DNA of 64,000 nucleotides, taken from contig DATDSO010000010.1 of the NCBI GenBank assembly GCA_035291225.1, forward strand, positions 82,090 to 146,089, written 5' to 3'. Below, one piece after another: positions 57,687 through 64,000 of the stretch. Numbering within the stretch: position 1 is the stretch's first letter; every line of letters begins with the position of its first letter. Both the position numbers and the translations under genes were made by a program. The notes beneath the pieces are model-generated. The model had not been told where the DNA came from. It searched no databases and saw only the letters and a list, made by a program, of their open reading frames with translations. This DNA comes from an archaeon. GTDB lineage: Archaea; Aenigmatarchaeota; Aenigmatarchaeia; Aenigmatarchaeales; JACQIB01.

Positions 57687-58844
57687 ATGACTGAAAAATT
57701 TCTGTTCACATCAGAATCTGTAACAGAAGGCCACCCAGACAAAATCTGCGACCAAATTTCAGACTCTGTTTTGGACGCGCTGTTCAAGCAGGACCCATTC
57801 TCGCGCGTGGCAGTTGAAACTTTAACAACAACCGGTTTGATTGTAGTCGCGGGTGAAGTCACAACAAAGGGCTACATTGATGTTCAGGGAGTTGTCAGAA
57901 ATACAATAAGGCAAGTTGGATACGACAAACCAGAATATGGATTTGACGCAGATAGCTGCTCCGTGCTTGTTGCTTTACACGAGCAGAGCCCGGACATTTC
58001 TCAAGGCGTGACAGCAACAGAAGCGCGCGAGCAGGGAGCAGGCGACCAAGGATTGATGTTTGGATTTGCGTGCAACGAAACCCCAGAGCTAATGCCTCTT
58101 CCAATTATTCTCGCACACCGCCTCACAGAAAAACTTTCATCTTCAAGAAGAAGCGGGGAATTAGAATGGGCGCGGCCAGATGGAAAATCACAGGTTACAG
58201 TTGAATACGAAGATGGAAAACCAAAAAGAGTTACAGCTGTTGTGATTGCAATTCAGCACTCGCCTGATGTTTCCTATGAAAAATTGCGGGACGATGTTAT
58301 TGAAAAAGTTATCAAGCCAGTCTGCGGAAAATATTTGGATTCTGAAACCCAGTTCCACATAAACGCAACCGGAAAATTCGTGATAGGCGGCCCGCCCGGC
58401 GATTCGGGAGTTACTGGAAGAAAAATTATAATGGATACTTACGGTGGAATGGGAAGACATGGTGGCGGGGCTTTCTCTGGAAAGGACCCGACAAAAGTAG
58501 ATAGGAGCGCAGCATACATGGCGCGCTATGTTGCGAAAAATATTGTTGCCGCTGGCTTGGCTGACAAATGCGAAATACAAGTTGCGTATGCAATCGGAGT
58601 TGCCCAGCCAGTTTCAATTAATGTAAACACTTTCGGCACAGGAAAAATTTCCGATGAAAAAATAATTGAGCTTGTTAAAAAGCATTTTGATTTCCGGCCG
58701 GCGGCAATTATCAGCCACCTGAATCTGCGCAGGCCGATTTACAGAAAAACCGCGGCGTTCGGGCACTTCGGAAGAAATGATCCTGATTTCACTTGGGAGA
58801 GAACTGACATGGCGGGGATTTTGAGAAGGGAAGCAGGGTTGTAA
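57687..58844 (+). CDS. metK: Methionine adenosyltransferase, bacterial/eukaryotic type
   Basis: [39 protein letters not shown]. Confidence 0.98.
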   Translation: MTEKFLFTSESVTEGHPDKICDQISDSVLDALFKQDPFSRVAVETLTTTGLIVVAGEVTTKGYIDVQGVVRNTIRQVGYDKPEYGFDADSCSVLVALHEQSPDISQGVTATEAREQGAGDQGLMFGFACNETPELMPLPIILAHRLTEKLSSSRRSGELEWARPDGKSQVTVEYEDGKPKRVTAVVIAIQHSPDVSYEKLRDDVIEKVIKPVCGKYLDSETQFHINATGKFVIGGPPGDSGVTGRKIIMDTYGGMGRHGGGAFSGKDPTKVDRSAAYMARYVAKNIVAAGLADKCEIQVAYAIGVAQPVSINVNTFGTGKISDEKIIELVKKHFDFRPAAIISHLNLRRPIYRKTAAFGHFGRNDPDFTWERTDMAGILRREAGL

Positions 58845-58911
58845 TATCTACTAAGATTTAAGCTATGAAAATATTTTTAAGCATGGCTTGTCCAAAGTTC
58901 TTGTGAATTAA

Positions 58912-59805
58912 ATGAGTTGGATTCTATTTACTTTAGCCTCTTATTTCCTGACTGCTGTCTCTGATGTTACAGATAAGGTTGTGCGAGATAAATTTGTTAG
59001 GAACAGCTATTCTCTTGCAATACTGACCGGTTTTCTAAACTTGGTTATGGCGGCACTGCTAGTTCTAATAAAACCTATTGCGCTGCCAGCAACAGCCGAC
59101 ATTATTTTTTTGCTGTTGAGTGGAATCATTAATGTCGCAGCCGTTACATTTTATTTTGAAGCCATGGCCAGCAACGAAGCTTCAAGAGTTGTGCCTCTGT
59201 TCCAATTTATAGCTCCATTTACTTTTATGCTTTCATTTATTTTTCTGGGTGAAAGGCTGACATCACCCCAGTTCATCGGATTTATCTTGCTCGTGTTAGG
59301 AGGATTTTTAATTTCAATAAAGAAGATACGTGACGTGTTTTCTATTGATAAAGGATTTTGGCTTATGATGTTGTCATGCATTTTGTATTCAATATCTTTT
59401 GTTATAATAAAGAATTCCCTTCTCACCCTCGACTTCTATAGTGCCCAACCATTCATTAGCGTAGGCTACTTTATAGGCGCCATACTTGCAATACCGATTT
59501 TTCTCTTTTTAAGAAAAATGAAAATTTCAGATCTACATTTCAGCAGGCCGGCCATAACTCTTCACGGACTTAATCAAATAATTTATGTCAGCGCGCGTGT
59601 GCTGCTGAATTTATCATTCTCTTTAGCAGCCGTTTCCTTAGTTACTTCTATACAGGGTTTTGTCGGGGTTTTTGTTTTGATTTTGACAACTGCAATTTCA
59701 ATATTTTTCCCAAAAATTTTAAAAGAAGATATTAGCAAGTCCGCGCTCGGACTGAAGATAGTCGCGATCGTGCTTATGTTTATTGGGGTTTGGATAATTA
59801 AGTGA
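58912..59805 (+). CDS. EamA/DMT family transporter
   Basis: Ten TM segments; EASRVVP...FLGERL. Confidence 0.88.
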   Translation: MSWILFTLASYFLTAVSDVTDKVVRDKFVRNSYSLAILTGFLNLVMAALLVLIKPIALPATADIIFLLLSGIINVAAVTFYFEAMASNEASRVVPLFQFIAPFTFMLSFIFLGERLTSPQFIGFILLVLGGFLISIKKIRDVFSIDKGFWLMMLSCILYSISFVIIKNSLLTLDFYSAQPFISVGYFIGAILAIPIFLFLRKMKISDLHFSRPAITLHGLNQIIYVSARVLLNLSFSLAAVSLVTSIQGFVGVFVLILTTAISIFFPKILKEDISKSALGLKIVAIVLMFIGVWIIK

Positions 59806-59809
59806 TCTC

Positions 59810-60427
59810 ATGAAACCTAATCTCATCATCTTCGACCTCGATGGTACGCTGATAGATACACTGGATGCTTACTTTGAATTTTTCAACAATCTTCTGGAAA
59901 AATGGAAAATCCCCCAAGTCACAAAAGAATTCTACCAGAAAAACCTTTTCTGGAAAAATATTTCTGTTGAAATTGCAGAAATCGCAGGCGTGGATAAAGT
60001 TGAGGAAGGCATGAAAATCTACAAGGAAGAATTCAAAGATTACTATGGAAAAATAAAGCTCATGAAAAATTCAAAGGAAACTCTGGATGAATTAAAAAAA
60101 ACTTTTCCTCTGGCTCTGCTTACAAGCACCGTAAGTTATGGAGCAAAAGGAATTTTGAAGCAGTTTGGCATGGAAGATTATTTTCAAATGGCGGTTTTCT
60201 TTGACGATTTGAAAAAGCCCAAGCCAGATCCAGAAGGCCTTTTGAAAATCATGGAAAAATTTTCTGCAAAGCCCGAGGAAACTATTTATGTGGGCGACAG
60301 CCCTTCTGATATGAAAGCTGCTGAAGCCGCAGGCTGCAAATTTATCGGCTACGGGCCTACTGAGAAATTCTCAAACCACAAAAGCATTCAGGATTTGTAT
60401 GAGCTGTGCGAGCTTGTGAAAAAATAA
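59810..60427 (+). CDS. HAD family hydrolase
   Basis: FDLDGTL, LLTS, KPDP, VGDSPSD. Confidence 0.94.
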   Translation: MKPNLIIFDLDGTLIDTLDAYFEFFNNLLEKWKIPQVTKEFYQKNLFWKNISVEIAEIAGVDKVEEGMKIYKEEFKDYYGKIKLMKNSKETLDELKKTFPLALLTSTVSYGAKGILKQFGMEDYFQMAVFFDDLKKPKPDPEGLLKIMEKFSAKPEETIYVGDSPSDMKAAEAAGCKFIGYGPTEKFSNHKSIQDLYELCELVKK

Positions 60428-60486
60428 TTTTATAACCCTGTTTAAAAAATCAAAAATAGACATCGAATTATGATTTGTTACTTCCA

Positions 60487-61017
60487 TTAAGAACATGCGC
60501 CCCACAAACCCCTTAAATTTTCTTTTGCTTCTATCTCTGCCTGTTTGAATTGTGATTGATATTTGTAGGGTGTTTTGTAAGTGTATTCTCTCGCAAATCC
60601 TTCGGAAATCAGAAGCTGATTAAAGTTTGTTCCATTCTCAAGAAAAACATATCTCAATAACCTTTTATATTTATCTCTATTGTCTTGTGTTGGGTCTGCT
60701 TCCAGCTTGATTATTGCCCCCCCCCCCAGAATTTCTTTCGCAAAATTGCTGGCTTCCAAACCAAAACACTCCAAGGGTTTTGAAGGGTGAACTGTTTCCG
60801 GCGTGTCAATTCCAATCAAACGAACTTTCTCTATCGTGCCGTTATAATCTACCCAAATCGTATCTCCATCAACGACTTTCACAACATCATAAAATTGTGT
60901 GTCGTAAGGTTGAGCACCTTGAATTGTTGTGGATGGCATTTGATAATCTGTGTCGGATGTGCAACCAGCTATTAGAACTGACAAAAGTAGAAAGAAGAAT
61001 AGAGTTTGTTTTTGCAT
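60487..61017 (-). CDS. Thermonuclease (SNase) lipoprotein
   Basis: Lipobox IAGC; VVDGDT, VRLIGIDTPE, DKYKRLLRY, RGLW. Confidence 0.95.
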   Translation of the reverse strand: MQKQTLFFFLLLSVLIAGCTSDTDYQMPSTTIQGAQPYDTQFYDVVKVVDGDTIWVDYNGTIEKVRLIGIDTPETVHPSKPLECFGLEASNFAKEILGGGAIIKLEADPTQDNRDKYKRLLRYVFLENGTNFNQLLISEGFAREYTYKTPYKYQSQFKQAEIEAKENLRGLWGACS

Positions 61018-61130
61018 AAAACAAATTAGAAAGCATAATATTTAATAACACGAACATTCTATCCAATTCCGACTTTTTGGGCAAAGCCCCACCTAACTAT
61101 AGTTTTTAAATAGCAAATTAAACAATATTT

Positions 61131-64000
61131 ATGAGAAACCTCATAATTGCAATAATTTTCTCCTTTGTAATTTTCTCAGCTGCAGCTCTCGCCCACGAAG
61201 GCGACCTGAAAGATGAAATGGACAGCATAACAAATTATGCACAGGATTACGAAGCAGGAAAAATTTCTTTCCTTCAGCTAAAAGTTTTAACTGAAAGTAT
61301 AGGAGAAAAAATTCGGCGCTCGGTCAGCGAGGGTTTTATAAAAGTAAAGCCCGAAGAAGCAGACCATGAATTCGAAGGCTTGAGCACAGAAGCAATTGAA
61401 AAGCTTTTGGGCCCCTCAACAGAAAAAACTTCCCATGTCTGGATTGTTAATGAGGAAAAAGAAGCTGGCTTTGACAAAGAGCTCCCTGGATGGCGCAAAA
61501 GTGTTTTCAATGGAAACAAAATAAAAATCACAGTAAACGCGTGGCCGCAGATTTTCAGGAGCGCGGAAGGGGACAAAATTTTCTACTGGCTTGGATTTGA
61601 TTTCTTTTTCAAAAAACAATTTGAGCTCGATCCTGCCGGACTTGCTGATGGAGTTAAGCAGCAGGTTGAGAGCTATTACTACACAGGGCAGGGAGCAGAA
61701 ATAATTGCAAGAAATCTTGCGACAACTGAAAAAATTTTGCAGGATTATTTGGAGCAGAATTCCGAAAACTGCGAATCTGCGGTGAAATCCATTGTTGATG
61801 GAGAGCGCTCGGAGAAAATGAACAGGCAAACGCGCGGCAGCCTTTTCTCAGGAAAAAATGTAAAAGTTAAAATTGACTCGGGCGCCTGCGTTGACTGCAA
61901 GGACTGGGCGGATTTTCACATAAACGGCTGGGTTGAGGCTTTTGACAGAAGTTATAATATTCGCGAATCCGAGCCAATTGAATTTTTCAAGGAAACTTAC
62001 AGGCAGAAAAGTCTGGAAGAGCTTTACTCAACGCTTGAAAAACTTTTTTCCGGAATGAAGCAGTCTGCGCAAACTTATGACAACATAAAACATCCGCAGT
62101 TTTCAGATGAGTTTGCAGAATTCCGCGGAGAGCTTGATGTTGTTTCTCAGGTGATAAACGAAAAAGTCAATGATTGGCAGCTTTCAAAAGAGGAACGAGC
62201 CAGAATGGTTAAAGAGCGCGATGAAAGAGTTGAAGAAATATTTGAAAAGTTTTTAACAGAAAAAACTTCTGAAATTGTGAAGCAGGTTGAATTCAGGAAA
62301 AAACTTTTGACTTTTAATGAAACAAAAATTGGCACGCACTGCGAGAGCAGGTACAATGACTGCGGGCCTGGAGGGATGTGCTCGGACGCAAAATGCGTTG
62401 CGCGCCCAGAGGAAAGAAGAGGTCCGCCAGAAGGCGGAGGAAGAATTTGCCCGCAAGTCTGCATTCCGATGTGGGAGATGAGGGATAACAAATGCGAATT
62501 CAACCAATGCGGTTCAGGCTGCGGAGCTGACAATCAAAATTCTTTTAACACGGAAGCAGAATGCAGAGCAAGAATTGTCGGTCAAACTTCTTCAACGCTT
62601 CCACAAGAAACAACTTCTTCCACTTTAACAAACACAACAGCCCAGCAAACAACTTCCACTTCTCAAACAACTGCAACAACTTCTCAAGCCACGACTACAA
62701 CAGCTGCAAGCACAACTACAACTTCTCAGGCAACCACCACAACAGCAGGACCGACAGGCGGCTTTCTTGCGCGCGGCAGATTTATCACAGGCTATCAAAT
62801 TGCTTCAGAGGATGAAAATTCCTGCTTGAAAAAAGGCTGCAGGCAGAACCAATTTTGCAACACAGAAAAAGGCTGGTGTGAATGCAACCAAGGCTCTTCT
62901 GACTGCGATGGCGATTGGAGAAACGGATGCGAGTCCAACAAGCAGTGCCAGCCATGCATCCCAGGAACCGAGTGCAGTCCGGCAAGATGCGAACCTGACC
63001 ACATGAGCGGAATAGAAACATTTACATGCGCACAGGATGAGGCGCGCCAAGAAGAAGTTGCTGGTTTTGAAATGAATGCAAACTGCCAGTTCAGCCAGAA
63101 AGAAGGGGCGCACGGCTGGGCAGGCTTCAATGGTTGGGGAGAAAAATTCGACAGAGTCAACCAGCTGAAAAATTCCCAGCAGAGCAACACAGACTGGTGC
63201 TCGCGCGAACTCTCCTCTCTGCTGAAAGAAAGAAGGGAAATTGAGAAATCTTTTTCTTCCGGATTTTTGGATTGGTTTATGAAAGATTATGTCGCGGGAA
63301 ATGCAGAGGACTTTGAAATTTTCGGCCGCTCTTTTGGAAGCTTGTATTGGAGCATTGTTGAGAATAATAAAAGAACAGCAGAATCTTTGAGTTGCTTGGG
63401 AAGAACTAACTGGCCTGATGTTGAGCCGATAACAGCAAGGCTTGAAACAGAATTCGGCGGAGTTTACATTTATGAAAAACTTTTAGAGACAGACCACTTC
63501 GGAGAAAAAATGCGCGTGTTAAGCCCGTATATGGTTATGAATATTTTCCCGCCAAAAGAAGTTTTCAAAGAATTTTTCATACGCGGTTTGAAAGAAGGAA
63601 AGCTCGGGCCTGAAGGCGAGCAGGAAAATGGGCCGAGCCCTGCTGAAATTGCGCAGATAAAAAAAGAGCCGCAGGCCTATGGAATAATCCAGAGAATTTC
63701 AAATAATTTCGGCGGCGAGGCAAATATAATTTTCTCAATTAATGACAAGGGAGTTGAAGAAGCGAAAATGCTTATGCAGGTGAATCCGGATATTATTATG
63801 CAAATGAAGCCTGCTTTAGATTACAAGGGAGAAGTTGATGCAACGCTCAATATAGATTTTGATTATTTCTACAACATGATCAGCTCAATGGAAAAAGGAA
63901 AATCTGTTCACACTGAAAGGCCTCCATGGGACCAGCAGCCTGATGTTAGAGAAGCAGTAGGCGGCGCAGCTGAGGGAATAAAGTTTTTCACAGGAATTGT
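61131..64000 (+). CDS. Large secreted protein, partial (over 950 aa; runs off the window)
   Basis: Absent from the ORF track, consistent with no stop before the window end (spot-checked). MRNLIIAIIFSFVIFSAAALAHEG signal peptide; Cys modules (CPQVCIPMW...CGSGC...ECR) and a Thr-rich linker. Confidence 0.85.
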   Translation, partial: MRNLIIAIIFSFVIFSAAALAHEGDLKDEMDSITNYAQDYEAGKISFLQLKVLTESIGEKIRRSVSEGFIKVKPEEADHEFEGLSTEAIEKLLGPSTEKTSHVWIVNEEKEAGFDKELPGWRKSVFNGNKIKITVNAWPQIFRSAEGDKIFYWLGFDFFFKKQFELDPAGLADGVKQQVESYYYTGQGAEIIARNLATTEKILQDYLEQNSENCESAVKSIVDGERSEKMNRQTRGSLFSGKNVKVKIDSGACVDCKDWADFHINGWVEAFDRSYNIRESEPIEFFKETYRQKSLEELYSTLEKLFSGMKQSAQTYDNIKHPQFSDEFAEFRGELDVVSQVINEKVNDWQLSKEERARMVKERDERVEEIFEKFLTEKTSEIVKQVEFRKKLLTFNETKIGTHCESRYNDCGPGGMCSDAKCVARPEERRGPPEGGGRICPQVCIPMWEMRDNKCEFNQCGSGCGADNQNSFNTEAECRARIVGQTSSTLPQETTSSTLTNTTAQQTTSTSQTTATTSQATTTTAASTTTTSQATTTTAGPTGGFLARGRFITGYQIASEDENSCLKKGCRQNQFCNTEKGWCECNQGSSDCDGDWRNGCESNKQCQPCIPGTECSPARCEPDHMSGIETFTCAQDEARQEEVAGFEMNANCQFSQKEGAHGWAGFNGWGEKFDRVNQLKNSQQSNTDWCSRELSSLLKERREIEKSFSSGFLDWFMKDYVAGNAEDFEIFGRSFGSLYWSIVENNKRTAESLSCLGRTNWPDVEPITARLETEFGGVYIYEKLLETDHFGEKMRVLSPYMVMNIFPPKEVFKEFFIRGLKEGKLGPEGEQENGPSPAEIAQIKKEPQAYGIIQRISNNFGGEANIIFSINDKGVEEAKMLMQVNPDIIMQMKPALDYKGEVDATLNIDFDYFYNMISSMEKGKSVHTERPPWDQQPDVREAVGGAAEGIKFFTGI

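Noticed and set aside
1..64000. CRISPR array, cas genes, transposases, integrases, reverse transcriptase/DGR
   Set aside because: I saw no regularly spaced identical repeats with unique spacers and no such protein motifs; the repeats found are coding or single palindromes

Overview
Archaeal chromosomal segment, most consistent with a small-genome DPANN-type archaeon (inference from gene content: archaeal RNAP operon rpo5-rpo2-rpo1N-rpo1C-rpl30e-nusA, TFS, Rpo11, aIF5A, S8e, class I LysRS, Taw1, Elp3, archaeal CCA enzyme, plus bacterial-type MetK and many lipobox/Cys-rich surface proteins). It carries a Ni-SOD pair (sodN plus a partial sodX missing from the ORF track), a suf operon lacking sufD with inserted genes and a MITE-like palindromic element, a free-standing 5S rRNA, and five tRNA genes that all carry introns (10 in total, 6 at non-canonical positions). 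The two best candidates for an undescribed system are (i) a four-gene MoxR-AAA / two paralogous unknown proteins / zincin-VWA operon (31338-36502), in which the two divergent paralogs share an identical 25-aa N-terminal peptide differing only by 10 synonymous substitutions, and (ii) a tightly packed array of seven small or micro ORFs (25866-27184) lying between a LysM-like Lrp regulator and a frameshifted M20 peptidase and lysS, including two paralogous 12-14 aa acidic peptides. Also present: a 1317-aa secreted protein with 14 six-Cys repeats, a degenerate TFB paralog, and a tRNA-Leu-adjacent islet with a PIN gene pair and a triple-frameshifted Trypco2-like gene. All calls were made by eye from motifs; no database searches were run.
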